A model generated the notes under the pieces. That model searched no databases, was not told where the DNA came from, and worked only from the letters and a program-made list of their open reading frames with translations. From NCBI RefSeq assembly GCF_009914755.1, contig NC_060939.1: a stretch of DNA of 64,000 bases, one strand, 5' to 3'. The stretch is from the human T2T-CHM13v2.0 reference genome, Homo sapiens. The translations under genes were made by a program, and so were the position numbers. Positions 31,140-45,800 of the stretch are shown here, piece after piece. Each line of letters opens with the position of its first letter. Within the stretch, counting starts at the first letter, position 1.

Positions 31140-31800
31140 TTACATCCATTCAACCTCATCTCCCTGGCTGTGTCTTTAATCCATGCCCTCTTCTGTATAT
31201 CTCCATGCAGCACTGCTCTGATTCAGGCGTCTGCATTTCTCTGCTGGAGCCGGCAACACACGCTTGCTGGCCTCAGCTCCACTGGCCTGGGTTCCTCATG
31301 TGGGTTCCTCACACAGGCACCGGAGCAATCTTCGAGTGTACGCCTGTGAGTGTCCCCTGCAGGACTCCTCATTGCTCCAGCTTGACGTGGGAACCAGCCG
31401 ACCCTGCAGCCCCTGCTTGGCCCACAGAAGGGGTGGCTTCTGTGGTTTTCTGCCCCAGCCACCCCCACACAGCATGTTCTGTCCACTCTGTGCTAGCCTC
31501 TGCCTGAGGTAGCCCGGCCTTCCGGCCTGGGCTCAGCTTCTGCCGCCTTCAGGGCAGTCCTCCATGCCACACTCCCAGGCCCCCCACCCAGGCCAGCCGG
31601 CAGTATTCCATCTGCTTCCATGTCTCTGCTTCCAAACAGGAGCTGCTCATGTCCTATCCATTGCACACCCCAGTGCCTACCTCAGAGCCTGGCAAACGTT
31701 GAAGGCTGCCCGGCCCTTGGCTTTGAGCTGGGTCCCTCCAGTGCGGGATGACAGGAAGGACACTGGAGGAGTGGCTGAGAGCAAGAAAAGACAGGGAGTA

Positions 31801-32110
31801 GGCTGGGCGCGGTGGCTCACACCTGTAATCCCAGCACTTTGGGAGGCCGAGGTGGGAGGATTGCTTGAGGCCAGAAGTTAGAGACCAGCCTGGCTAACAT
31901 GGCGAAACCCCGTCTCTACTAAAAATACAAAAAAAAAAAAAAAATAGCCAGGCATGGTGGTACACACCTGTAATCCCAGCTACTCAGGGAGGCTGAGGCA
32001 GGAGAATCACTTGAACCCAGGAGGTGGAGGTTGCAGTGAGCCAAGATCGCGCCACTGCACTACAGCCTGGGCAACAGAGTGAGACTCTGTCTCAAAAAAA
32101 AAAAGAAAGA
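31801..32110 (+). mobile_element. Alu (AluS-like) with (GGAA)n-extended tail
   Basis: Full dimer; TSD gacagggagt. Confidence 0.92.
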
Positions 32111-33540
32111 AAGGAAGGAAGGAAGGAAGAAGGACAGGGAGTTTATTCCCTGCTCCCTCCCAGAGAGGCAGCACTGGCTGGCAGTGTCCCCTGACCAGGG
32201 CTATGAGTCTCCCCAGGCATCTCCCTGGTCATGAGTCCCCCAGGGCCACTCTTCCCCATGGGGCCTCATGGCAGTGACTGCTCAGCGGCCACTAATCTAG
32301 CATCTGCTCTGTCCCCGATGCGTCCCCTACACCCACCCACTCCTGCAGAAACACCTTAGCAAAGATGCACCCTTACCAAGTATCCTTCCTCATCTATATG
32401 AATCAGGGTGTTCAGTCGGCTTCCTAAGTGGGTCCTGACTGACATAAGTTGGGAGGAAGGAATGACAGATAATTCCTTCCATTGGCAAATCCTGGGCAGA
32501 ATTTGCTTTAAAATAATCAGATGTTCATATTTTTGTATAAATAATAAATAAAAATAAATAAATATTTCTGTATAAAATCATCAGATGTTCATATCTAACA
32601 AAAGTAAGTGTGGAAATTACCAGACTGTTTTGTGCTGATGTTCAATATTTTTAAGATATAAATATGTCAACTAAAGGTGGCAAGGCGAAATTAAAACATT
32701 CCAGTTTTAATGAGTCTAGTTGATGCAGTTTATTTAATGCTTGGTCACTGGCAGTAAAGACATTTTGGATACAGCCCACACAAGGCTCCAACCAGACACC
32801 AGGCAGGAGGGGGCAGGGACCCTGACAGCTCTGTTGTTAGTGACAGCCCTGCTGTCTTTACTAACCACCGTCTCTGAAGGGTGTCACCCACCAGGGCGAA
32901 GAGCCTACTCCAAAATGCAGCTGGTGCTCGTGCCGGCCCTATGCGGTTGTAGGAGGCTCTCCAGGTCAGAAGCCTGCTCTGTGGGGTAAGAATGGTCACC
33001 AAAGGAGAACAGGGTTGGCTATACTTGTATCCGACAAAATAGACTAAGTCAAAAACTATCCTACAAGACAAAGAAGGGTCAATTATGCAGGAAGACATAA
33101 CAATTATAAATATGTATGCATCCAATATCAAAGCACCCAAGTATATAAAGCAAACATTGACAGATCGGAAAAGAGAACTAGGGAACCTGCTTTACAATGT
33201 GAAATGGAATTTTACATTGGATGACCAACTAACCAGCCAACCTCTTTGCTTTATTCTTTAGGGGAAAGTGCAAATGTTTGATTGATTTGTGGCTTCAGAG
33301 GTGACCACATGCCATAAAGTTGGCTGAGCACAATCAGCAGGGTCAGGCTGAGCCAGGCCTCCATTCCCAGGAGGCCTCTCTGGGCGATGACATCTCAGGG
33401 TTGGGGCTAAGGAGTGAGTGCTGGGAACAGCTGGAGAAGGTGGGGAACGATGTTACTTCCAGATCCTAACTCTGAAGATTTCGCTAGGGCTTAACTATAT
33501 GAGGATCCTTCCAAAGAATGCAGCCTTAAAGGGCACTTGA

Positions 33541-34194
<654 letters not shown>

Positions 34195-34330
34195 TAAAAA
34201 TAAACCCTAGACCCACGGGCAGTCACTTCCCATTCCTATCTCATTCCACACCCCCAAACCCTGGCAACTGCCAATCCACTTTCTGTGTCTAAGATTTTCC
34301 TACTGTGAGCATTTCACATGCGACACCTTC

Positions 34331-34634
34331 TTTTTTTTTTTTTTTTTTTTTTTTGAGATGGAGTCTCGCTCTGTCACCCAGGCTGGAGTGCAGTGGTGTG
34401 ATTCTGGCTCACTGCAAGCTCGCCTCCCGGGTTCACGCCATTCTCCTGCCTCAGCCACCCGAGTAGCTGGGACTACAGGTGCCCTCCAAGACACCTGGCT
34501 AGTTTTTTGTATGTTTAGTAGAGACGGGGTTTCACCGTGTTAGCCAGGATGGTCTCGATCTCCTGACCTCATGATCTGCCCGCCCCGGCCTCCCAAAGTG
34601 CTGGGATTACAGGTGTGAGCCACCGCGCCCGGCC
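34331..34634 (-). mobile_element. AluY-like
   Basis: Long polyT, gggttcacgccattctcc diagnostic, TSD cgacaccttc. Confidence 0.93.
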
Positions 34635-37600
34635 ACGACACCTTCTAATTCATGTTGTACTTCACTTTCATTCCTTCACTGGACTCTCATGTCAGCCTGT
34701 GAGGTTGACAGGCAGTCGATGATACCTCCAGGATTAGGAGAAGGCCTGGGCTCAGAAAGGCAGAATAACTTTCCTAAGGCCACCTCCCAGGGAAGAGAAA
34801 GAGCCTGTATTCAGACTTGGGTCTTCTTGCTACAAACCCAAACTCAGTTCTGTTCTCCAAGTGCAAACAGTTAATGTTTCAAGTTTGGAATGGCAGGTCC
34901 TAAAAGAAGCAAATCTGCCGGCATTCCTGGGCTCTGTGGTGTGAAGGAGGTTACGGGGCAGCAGCTGCCTCATGGAGGCTGCAAGGAGGCCAGTGGGAGG
35001 AAGCAAACCAGGGAGGTGGCTCTGCAGCTGAGCCACTTCCTGAGCCTAGACAGCAGATCTACCTCCCAACTTAGCTCCCTGCCCTGGGCATCAGGACTGG
35101 TATGGAGTTAAGACCTCCTTTCTCTTTGCTTGGGACGGATAGCGTTACCAGGCCCTACAGGAGGGAGGATTCCTGCCCGAGGGAGCACTCCAGCCCCAGG
35201 GAGCACTCCTACCCCGGGAGTATTCCTCACTGCGAGGCTGCCCCAGTCCCCTTCAGGCTGATGGTCCGGGGCAGGGCTGCTCCCCTTGGTCGTGCCCCAC
35301 AGTCACGGGGGGAAGTATTAACACACTGCTGCTCCACCCCCAGAAGCCCCTCCTGACCTGTCTGGCTGGGAGAGGGGCCATCCAGGCCCTGACAGCCCTG
35401 TGGCAAGCCCAGAACACCCCGGCTGGTGGAGATGGCGAATTATCATTAAAGAGCGTCAGGTGTGGAGAGGCCTGAATTGGCTGGGCGCACACTGGCCCAG
35501 ATGGTGCCTGTGCCCAGGCCACAAGGGGGCTACCAGGGTTGGACGATGGGTGGAGTACACGAGGAGACAACACGACATGACTGAGGGCAAAGCAGGAAAG
35601 GATTTCATGCTGGGAGAGCTGCTCTTCTCATGTCCCTTTCTCGGGCAACATGCCGGTGAGGACACCACACGAGGAACGCCTGTTGGCGGCACAGGCTGGA
35701 GAAGCCCCGGTGGGCCTGGCTGGCTGGCTGCAGGCAGATGACACCCACTCAAGAGGCATCTTCCCCGGCACCCGGGGGGAGTGCAGCCAGGCCTGGGGGT
35801 ACACAGCCAGGCAAGGGCCTCATGTGGGAGGCAGTGAGGTGCTGGGGCTGAGCGCGGGGTGGAGACACCACCCAGACTCCTGTCCTCACCACACTGCTAG
35901 AGACAGTGGCTGAGCAATACAATGCTCCTCCCGTCTCCTGCACCAGACCCCGCCCCTCTCGTCCACCCCAGCAGAGGGCCGTCACCTTTCCTAGGCTCTG
36001 TGGATCCAGCAGGCTGCAGGCCTTCGTATCTGTCCCTGCTGTGTCTCCACTGCCAGGCACCGCCCTGTCACACCAAGGACAATGAGCTAGGAGTGCAGTC
36101 TTCAGAAGAGGAAGTCGGCCCCTTATTTATTTATGTTTTTTGGTGGAGTTGGCACCGTAAAATTATTCCAGGGATACCACTGAACATTCTCCAGAGATTG
36201 CCCTCGCCCCACCCTTCACAATCATTGTTTCAGGTCAAGATGTCTAGCAACCCAGCACCTGCTCTCTGTAGCCAACTCGTGCCTGGGGATTCCCAGCAGT
36301 GCTGAGGATGGTGCCCTGCACACAAACTCTTGGGGCAAGGGATCAAGGAGGCCTGGGGAAGATGGCCCAGGAGTCAAGAAAGACCAGAAAAGCCACAGCA
36401 CACGGGTTGTGCTGAGTATTTCCTCCCCAAATCGTAGAGGTTATATGCTTACATTTTGTTGTTGAGTTTTACCCTGCTTTAATTGGCTTATTTAAGGGGT
36501 GATTTAATGCTATCGGTGTCTGATTCTCAGATAATAAGGGCAATTCCAGTGGGTGACGGGGCCATCACTTGGCTGCAGACACATTTCAGCTTTTGCTGTG
36601 CAGAGTTCACTTCCGTTGGGTCATCCCCAGCCCTACCGCCTGCCACTGTGTGCTGGGCACAGGCAGTAATGCTGGAGGTGCTGGCAAAACAGAAGACTCA
36701 ACCTACACCGAAAGCTCTTAGAAATGGGGCCACTTCCAGAAGCAGATCGCTCCCACGCCTCCGTATGTCTGCGTGGTGGGAGCGGGGGGGTGGGGGAAGT
36801 GGGTGGGGCAGGCGAGCCCACTGCCTGGGCCATTCAGCGGCTGCAGGCGTCAAAAGTCCATCCCTGCCTCCAAGCAGGACAGTGCCAGGAGGTGGCCCCT
36901 TGTGCTGCAGGCGAGAGGGCTGAGCCCACGGGAGGTGGCTGAGGCATGATAGCTGGAACAGAGCTTGAGGGCAGAGGAAGGTCATGTGCGTCATGCCCCT
37001 GTCACAGCCTTGTTCTCCAGAAGACCATCCCCAAGGGCCCTGGCAGGCCACTCAGCAACTCCGTTCTGACACTGCCTATTCTCTTCCATGTTTTTGCCCA
37101 CAGCACTGACCACACACACACACACACTCCGATTATTATGGAAATTTTCAAACAGACATGAAGGTGGTTTCTACTACTCCCCATCACGTGGCTTCAGCAA
37201 GTGCCAACACAGGGCCAGGCCTGTGCCCTGATCCACCTGTCTTTCTGTTTTGGAGCAGGAAGGGGCTGGCCTACTAGACACACTCTAGGTTATGCTTATT
37301 TGTTTTAATTGTCTTTCTTTCCCCCAAACTAGAATGAAATAAACACAAAGGCAGGAACTTCTGTTTATTCAGTTTACCACATTACATCCAGTGCCTTGAA
37401 TGCACCCAGCATGTAACAGGTATCAATAAATACGTGTTCAGTGACTGAGTGGAAGCATATATCCATGAAACTCCACCCGGCCTACTCCTGCTTCCATGTT
37501 AACGGGGCCATGTGTGGTCAGCTACACATCTCTTGTCACACCCATCACCTACCCGGGGCCTGCTAGCGGGAGGAAAAGCGGTACCTCCTCCTCACAGATG

Positions 37601-37824
37601 GTAGTGGCAAGCTTCTACTGACAACAGGCTCTTACCCACTACTGACAACAGGCTCTTACTTCCAAAAGCAGCCAAGAAGGCTCAGGTGCTGGGCCACATT
37701 CCCAAACAGCTACACCATGTGGCAAAGAGTATTAAATGCATACTTTATAACTGAGAATGTGTAAACACCTGCCTATGTAGTTATCAAACAGAAGGATGCG
37801 CGCAGGCAGACGCACGATACTCAC

Positions 37825-37910
37825 ATGCAGCCGCGAAACCTACTCAGGTCGTTGTTTGGCTTCTCGCATTCGATCACGCTGGTGAACGTCAAAGGATTGA
37901 ATTCGGAGAC
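37825..37910 (-). CDS. ATP10A: ATP10A coding exon 3 (VSEFNPLTFTSVIECEKPNNDLSRFRGC), A domain
   Basis: Acceptor ttttag| at 37912/37911; donor AT|gtgagt at 37824; 86 nt; missed by the ORF track. Confidence 0.93.
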
Positions 37911-39420
37911 CTAAAATAACAGCACGTAGACATTAGAGAAATCCGGGCTCAGGCTGCGCCGTTCTAAAAGGCACTCGCTTTTCTGTCTTGCATCCGCGGC
38001 AGGCACATTTCACGGGGGAAGAACTCTGCCTATGAATCTCTCTGGAAAGCCAAAGCACCGCCTTCTCCACTGTATAATAAATAACAGTTAATCATTTTAT
38101 AACGAGTGACAATTGGGGGACCGGTACTGGTTACTGGTTAGTAAGTGAGCAGAAATGACTGCAGCTCTATTGCAAAATGAGAGAACAGGCGATAAAGCAA
38201 AGGAGGCCATCAATGAAGCAAAGGGATGAATGAGTTTTTTAAGACACACGGCACTTGCCCATTTCTACAGACTTAGGGAAGCAAATTCCACCTGGAAAAC
38301 AGGAGCTTATAATAAATTCTATTTTTTCAACGTACACTACATGATCTTCATGGATCTTTGATGAAAAAGATTTACATAGCCAATGAGTGAGCCAACAACT
38401 TCTTTAGTATTCTGCTCAATTAAAAAAAAACCCTGACAACTCACCACAAAAATGTCTTTAGAATTTTTCCATTGATAGATAAAACAGAGCCTGGCTCATA
38501 AGAAAGGCTTAGGAGTGGGGGGAAGGAGGAAGAAGGGAGAGAAATGGAGGGAATAAGCCTTCAGTATAAACGAGCACAATTAGTGGATTTCTTTTTTATC
38601 AGCTCTCTGGTCAGGCCTGGCATTCTACTTAATCTAGCAAGTGTCATAACATGGTAAAAAATTGAACTATCTTTAATGACACATACAAAAAGTGAAGGTG
38701 GTTAAAAATTATAGAAATGGCATAAACACTGTTGACACCACCCCAGGTTAACTATGGCTCTGCCGCAACCACACATTTCCCTGCATAGAATACAGCCATA
38801 AAGGTAATTACTCAAAACTCAGTTCCTACTGTTTCCCAGTGTAAAGCGTACATTAAAAGGGGCGTGTGCTAGATAATCGTAGCTCGATTCAATAACTGAA
38901 ATTGAAATGCTATTTTAAAAGGCTCTTCTTGGAGTGTAATTAGCCATCAGTCTCTCTTCTCCTTGGACTGAAATGGCCTCTCGCTCTATTTCCAGAGCAG
39001 GGCTCTGTTTCAAGGAGTCTTGTGTTTATTTAAAGCCTGTGGATTATCTTGAAACCAGTGGATGGCTTTTTCCAGGGCAGACATTTGCAGATACAAAGTA
39101 CAGGATGGCCATGAAGGCAGTGAGTTCCAGAGAACACCAGGATTATTCTTGGCAGACGAGGAGGGTAGGACTTAAAATATTTTGTCTCTGTTTATTATTC
39201 TTTCTCTCTAAGAAAAATGTCATGGACATGGCTCAGAAACAGTAGGACATTCTGTCTCTGGGACTTCAGAGCTGTGTTTGTAATGTTCTACCAACAATCC
39301 CATGCCCTGGGGAGTGTGCACAGGGGAGGTCCCAGGCACGGGACGGCTGGCTTCCTCTGCATCCTTCTGGAACTGGGGAGGATTTGGAGGATTTTTAGAA
39401 CTGGAGGGATCTCTAGAGAC

Positions 39421-39804
39421 TGGCATGGGCTGAACTGGAGCCCCTCATCCGCCGCTAGAACTCATATATTGAAGTCCTAACCCCACGTAGCTCAGAACGT
39501 ACCCTTATTTAGAGAGGAAGTCTTTAAAGAGGTAACTAAATTAAACTGAGGTCATCAGGGTGGACCCTAATCCCACATGACTGGCGGCCTTATACAAAGG
39601 GAAAATCAGGACGCAAAGACACACAGAGGGGAGATCATGCAAGGACACAGGGAGAAGCCAAAAAAAGAGGCCTCAAAAGAAACCATCCTGCTGACCCCTT
39701 ACTCCCGAATGTCCAGCTTCCAGACCTGTGAGAAAATAAACTTCCGTTGCTTAAGCAGCCCAGTCTGCGGTGTTTCATCAATGAGGCCCCAGTAAACGAA
39801 TACA
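39421..39804 (+). mobile_element. MLT1-type MaLR solo LTR
   Basis: tggcatgggctgaac... gaggtcatcagggtggaccctaatcc... gtgagaaaataaacttccgttgcttaag. Confidence 0.75.
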
Positions 39805-40277
39805 GAGACCATCTTTGAGTTTCTCATTTAAAAAGCATTTCATATCCAGAGCACACCTTCTGGATGAGGAAAATCCTGTTTACATTGCTTATTTCTAACA
39901 ACAGGCAACACAGCAACACTCCCCATTTAGGAAATACATTGATTTATCCCTCCATCCACTCATGTCTACCCCTGACTCATTCCAAACCAGCTTTGAGGTC
40001 ATGCCCAAGTTATCCATCAGTCAGACTTGTCAACCTGCCCCCTGGAGCATGGACAAAGGTAGAGGCCCCCGATCCACCCTTCTGCTCTGGGCACACTAAC
40101 TCCATTCTTCTTAAAAAGCAGATATCCAGCTAGGGAAGAGGAAGCAGTTCTACAGATGGATGGTGGTGATGGTTGCGCAACAATGCGAATGAACTTAATG
40201 CCACTGAACTGTACACTCACAAATGATTACAATAGTAAACTCTGTGTTATGCATATTTTGCCATGATAAAAAATTTC

Positions 40278-40358
40278 ATTTACGGCCATGCCACCCTGAA
40301 TGCATCCAATCTTGACTGATCTTGGAAGCTAAGCAGGGTCAGTACTTGGATGGGAGAC
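40278..40358 (+). pseudogene. 5S rRNA pseudogene, 3'-truncated with an internal 10-nt deletion (possibly RNA5SP390; name not verified)
   Basis: tacggccatgccaccctgaa...gatcttggaagctaagcagggtc-agtacttggatgggagac aligns to 5S rRNA nt ~1-91. Confidence 0.9.
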
Positions 40359-40833
40359 ACAATTTAAACATTTTTAAGTGGATATAAACCAACTCTGAGA
40401 ATTGACTGAGAAGAAATGAAATAATCATCAAGTTGAACATAGACCAGAAATCTGGCACCTTTCAGTACAAGTACATAAAGTCTCCCTCGCCAGTAATTCG
40501 TGAGGGCACTGCCATTCTGATCGTCATCACCATCAACATAATTACAAGTTTTGGGAGGCTTGCCAAATGCCAGGCATTGTGCTAAGTGCCCTACAATTAT
40601 CAGGCAACCCTGCTAGAAAGTCAGTTTTTGCACCACCTTCAACTTAGGATCTTTAAGTATCGTGCCCAAGGTCACAGTGGTCTTGGAGTGACAGACTGGA
40701 GCTTTCTTGGCCTCTGAGCTATCAGCTCAACCATCAATACCTGCAGAGACAATCTGGCATTAACAGAAAAAGATTGTGCAAGTAAGCCAGAAAATGTGTA
40801 ACAGATTCTATAGAAACGTCCCCCAAAATTTAA

Positions 40834-41016
<183 letters not shown>

Positions 41017-44000
41017 TAAAGTTCTAAGTTTCCAAAATTTAAGTTTTAGTATTTTGAAAACATGCTTCAGCTCAACATACCTTAATCTGATCATAGATAC
41101 CCTCTTTCCATCTTCAGCAATGCCTGTGGATGTGGGCTTACCAGAGCCCACTCAAAAACAGAGTAAAAAATCAGGAGCGAGCCCGGGGACTTAGTGCTAG
41201 TTCTTCTGATTAATAAATATGAGACTTTTGGCAAGTGAAGAGAGGGCATTTGGACTCGGATCTCCGGGGTCTCTGTTGCCCTATAAGTCCACAATCCTGT
41301 AGGATGCAGAGATGGTTCCAATGAATCCCTGTGCTTGGGATGACAGACTCACTATTGCAGAAACAGCATCACCTGCAAAAGTGCTGCCCACACATGCCAG
41401 CCTCAAGCTGAAGCACTGCCCTCTGCATCTCTGCTGCAGCACCCCAGCATCTCAGACAAAAGGAAGCAGACACCGTGAAGGGTTCGCCCACTGCAGAGCA
41501 ACATGTTCAAATAAATATCTCACCGGCAAGAAAGAAAGTGCTCACAGTTTCTGTTGTTGTCTTACAGATATTTCTGAAACTTCTTTGGGCAAAGTGATTT
41601 GACCTGACTAGGTGGAAAGAAAGAGGCAGGACAGTGGTGCAACAGAGAGCCCTCCAGCCCTGCCCCTGAACTTGCGTTTCTGCTAGAGACCGCAGCAGCA
41701 GGTGCTCCAGGGATGCCCAGAGCCCTGCGGCATGCTTCTGTTTCCTCCTGATGCCTGGGACCTCCTCCTGGTAGAACAGCTGTGTCCCCTCTTCAACCAC
41801 ATGGGGGAGGCGTGTGTCTAATTCAGCAGTGCCCAGATTGCTACTTGAATGAATGGTTTGATTCACAGGGGAGATTCTGTTACCAACCTTGTATTTCACA
41901 TTTGTATTAAGTGAATTGCTACTAAGTACTCAACAAAAGCAAATACAGATGTCCTCCATCTTGAAACAGCAGTGATGTTGGAAAGGGCATTTACAGTCCA
42001 TTAAAGAGGATACTGTTATTTTTTTTCTATCATAAAAAAACTAAAGTAAAGAGGTTCATATTGCTTCAGCCATTGGGTGAGCACACAGCACAGGTGCACA
42101 CTTGGGTCATCTGCAGGTCTGCTGCCAGCAGGGACCCTGCCTAACGCTCCAGGTGGAAATCTGTGAGTGAGGCCACCTGTCTGGGTCTCTGGATGATGTG
42201 GGCAGAGAGAACCCTGGTGAGAGAATGCACAGAGAGCAGGGGCCAGCACCTGCCAGCCAGGCAGGGCCACCGCCTGCACCAGCAAGAAGACGTGGAAAAC
42301 ACACACACTCCCGTCTTCTGCATCTGGATCCCGTTCTGAAAACGCCCTTTGCATTTCCCTTCATGATACTCCCAGGTCACAAGGAGGGTGAGGTCCCCCT
42401 GGTTCACTTCCAGCCTTGACATCACGCCTGGACATGGTCCTCGAAGGCTCTCAGTGACAAACACAACACCTCTGTCTACCTGGCTTTGGTCTTGCCACCT
42501 GCTATGGGCCTGTTTGTCCCTGGACTGAATGATCCCCGTCTGATCACAGAAGTTTTCCACCTTAACAAAGCCTTGGAGACAGCTGCTGCCCTACAGAATG
42601 CAATCCTCATCCCGTGCAACAGCAAAGCTCTGCTCAGGGTCACTGCGCTGACCTCCTCGGCTACCATCCCTCCCAGCACCCATTCCTGCCACGCAGGGAA
42701 CCCTGAGGAAGCCCAAACCTTTCTGCATGGCTTCCTCTGTCTTGCCATCCTACAGCATCAGGCGAAGTGCCCTTCATTTAGCATTTCAGGATGTTGTCTT
42801 TTCTGGAGAAGCCTTCCTGACGGCCCCCTGGTAGGGTAGGCAGGTGCCACAGCTCCGAACTTGCTTAGTCCCCATGCAGACATCAAACCCCGTGCTTCCT
42901 GGGTGTGGCTGGAGCTGGCTCCCATTCCTCCTTCACTAGACCACAGGTTCCCTGAGCACAGGTACTCTGTGCCCTTGAGACCATCACAGTGCCTGGCACA
43001 CACATGGTCAGAGGGTGACGAATGCTTATTTCAGAAGGATCTCAGGTGCCACAAGCTTCTGGATCACCCCAGAACTCCGTGCTGGGCTCTTGGGGACCTA
43101 GAGCCCCTGCCTGCCGCACCATCTCCCAAGAGGGCCTGCTGAGGCGTCTCTGTGGTTCCAGAATGCATAGTTCCTCTTTTTAAAGTGTGGGCTCTTTTCC
43201 CCTGGCAGCAATACAAAATGATTTCTACATAGCCTCTAATCCGGCTCCTTAGCTCCTTACTTATTGATCATGGGTAAAGAATGCCTTCATTAAATTAAGT
43301 CAAGCATTTTAACCCAAATTAATGGAATAATTACCCCAACTCTTTTGTTTTGTACTTTCTTTATTATTACTATTATTATTATTTTGTATTTCAATCTAAT
43401 TTGTATTTACCACTTGATGGTCAGTGCTGTGGAAATTCAAAGGAGGGCAGATGGCCCGATCCCAATACTGAACGAATGAGTGAATTTACTTTTTCACTGC
43501 CAAGACTGTATTGTCAGGTGAACATTTTCAATTTGCTAAACTGAAACAGCAAAGTAGTCTGTTTTTGTCCACCACGTGTCTCCTGACACATAGTGGGTAC
43601 TCAATCAGTTATTTATTGAAAAAATAAATAATAAATAAATACCCAAGTGAAAGCGTCTGGTGGCAAGAAACACCGAACGTACAAGGAAACTTAACTCAAA
43701 GTGATAATTTCTCCAAGTTCCACAGATTCAGTGTTACTCTAGGGGTTAATGCCCCGTGACAAATACTGAATAGAAATGAGCATGAAACCCATTTAGACAG
43801 CAATGTAATCTATAATAGCGGCTGTGATTGTATTATTTAAGGTATCCCAAATATGGAAGTGATAAGTAGGTTGGCCCAGCCGCTCATGGCGGGACACTCC
43901 ACTGCACGTCACACAGCATGTGACGGAGAGTGCTGCGTCCCTGCCTGACGTGGTTCTCGTCTCCACGGTGACAAGCTGACAGGGACAATGAGAACTGGCA

Positions 44001-45380
44001 TCCAGGCCTCCGCAGTCCTCTTTCAGAGTCAGCTTCACACAGGTCCACAGGTGGCTTCTGGGAGGCTCACGCCTCAGAGAAGCTGATCAAGGGGTGTCTG
44101 GGTTCTGCCTTCTTTTTCTAACTGGAGATTTTCTTGCTGCAAGCACCAGTGTTAGAGATCAAGTGGTCCTCCCTTAGTTTCTGAGCAGAAAGGCAGCTTT
44201 TCCCTTGTTAAATTCTAGTTTAGAACGCAGGCGCCAGCCTCCCCTTGCCTTTTCTGCCTTTCATCTTTTGTCCCCTTGCCTCCTGACTGTCGCACAGTCA
44301 AAAAGCCTCGGTAGATGGTGGCAAAATTCAAAGGCTCACAGTGTGGGGTTAGAGTTTGAAGTCTCAAAATCAAAACCCTTTCTTTCCCTCCTGGCCCCAA
44401 ACGCTCCATGCTGTTTCAGTGGGCTGTGGCTGTCAGCAAAGCCTTGCTTTCTCCTCCGTCAAATGCACCTAAGAGTCCCTAAGAACTGGCTGTGCATTCA
44501 GGCAGTAGGTAACGAGAGTTGTTTCACAGAACACCAAATTCAAACCTAGATGAGGGCTGCTCGTTAAAATTGCCCTCTTGAACGTATTTGTACTTAATCC
44601 AACAGGGTGTCCCTGCATGAAACCCGCCTGCAGCCCCTCTGCTGAGCTATTAGCACAGTGAGATCCACATCAGTCTGTCTGCTTCCACAGCCACAGGCCA
44701 CTTAGTGCCTCTTCCATCACTACAGGTGGGGGTGATGGTGTGAGCAGAGGCACGGCTTTTGGGTGTGAACGTGTCATGCTTTAGAGCTCACTCAGTAGAC
44801 AGCCTTGCTGGAGAAAAGGTGCTCTCTCTGTGCACAGCGTAAGAGGGGTCTGGAGCCTCAGTGTATTTGTAATAAAAGGGACCCTAAAGGCAGAGTTCCA
44901 TGGACCACAGGGCCATTGGTAGCCACATAGAGGAAGACCATACTACTATTTTAGAGGCCAACTGGGATGGAGAATACAAAAAGAGGTCAGCTAAGAAAAA
45001 ACCTCTTGCGCTAATCTGGGGAATGATTCCAAGACTGAAATGGCAACAGAAATGTGAAATTCTAAAGCACAACCAGATCTGCTCAGTCATCAGATTCAAA
45101 AGAAAAGTTATCCAGCACCAGACGACTGGGCAATTTGGACCAAACCTCTAGTTACTGGCAAACAGAGATGCTGGACAGAAAACTGAAGACAGCTGCCTGG
45201 AGGTATGAAGGATTTAACAAGAAAGTGAAGAATAAGCAAGCCAAGAAATAAAAAGACAAAAATCCAGAGTTGAGGCTGGGCTTTGAGGTTTCTTTTCCCT
45301 GAGGAGGGTCTACAGCTTCTGCAAGATGTAGTTAAGAGGTTGAGTGGAGCTCATGAGACACATGTTGGTGCTCGGGGCCT

Positions 45381-45800
45381 ATATTAGTTGCCTGTAGCTG
45401 CTGTAACAAATGAACACAAATGTGGTTGCTTAAAACAACAGTCATTTGTTGTCTCGCAGTCCTGGAAGTCGAAAGTTGGAAACAGGTCTCACTGAGCTAC
45501 AGTCAAGGAGTTGGCAGGGCTGTGTTCCTTTTGGAGGCTCTAGGAGAGAATGCATCTCTTTGCTTGTTCCAGCTTCTTAAGTCACATTCCCTGACTTATG
45601 GCTTCCTTCCATTTTTAAAGTCATCAGTGTGCGGGGATTGAGTCTGTCTCACGCTGTATCACTTTGATAGTGAGGTCTGATTAACAGCCTTAATTCCACT
45701 TACAACCTCCATTTCTGCTTGCTATGTAGCATAACATATCCACAGGTTTAGGTGAGTAAGATGTGGGCATCTTTCGGGGGACCACTATTCTGTCTACTAT
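45381..45800 (-). mobile_element. MLT1-type MaLR LTR
   Basis: tattagttgcctgtagctgctgtaacaaa...ggggaccactattctgtctacta. Confidence 0.7.

Noticed and set aside
35165-35228. Three degenerate ~18-bp repeats (CCCAGGGAGCACTCC)
   Set aside because: Short and degenerate; no supportable function.
37615-37659. 24-bp-period direct duplication CTACTGACAACAGGCTCTTAC near exon 3
   Set aside because: Two copies only; ordinary slippage with no functional clue.
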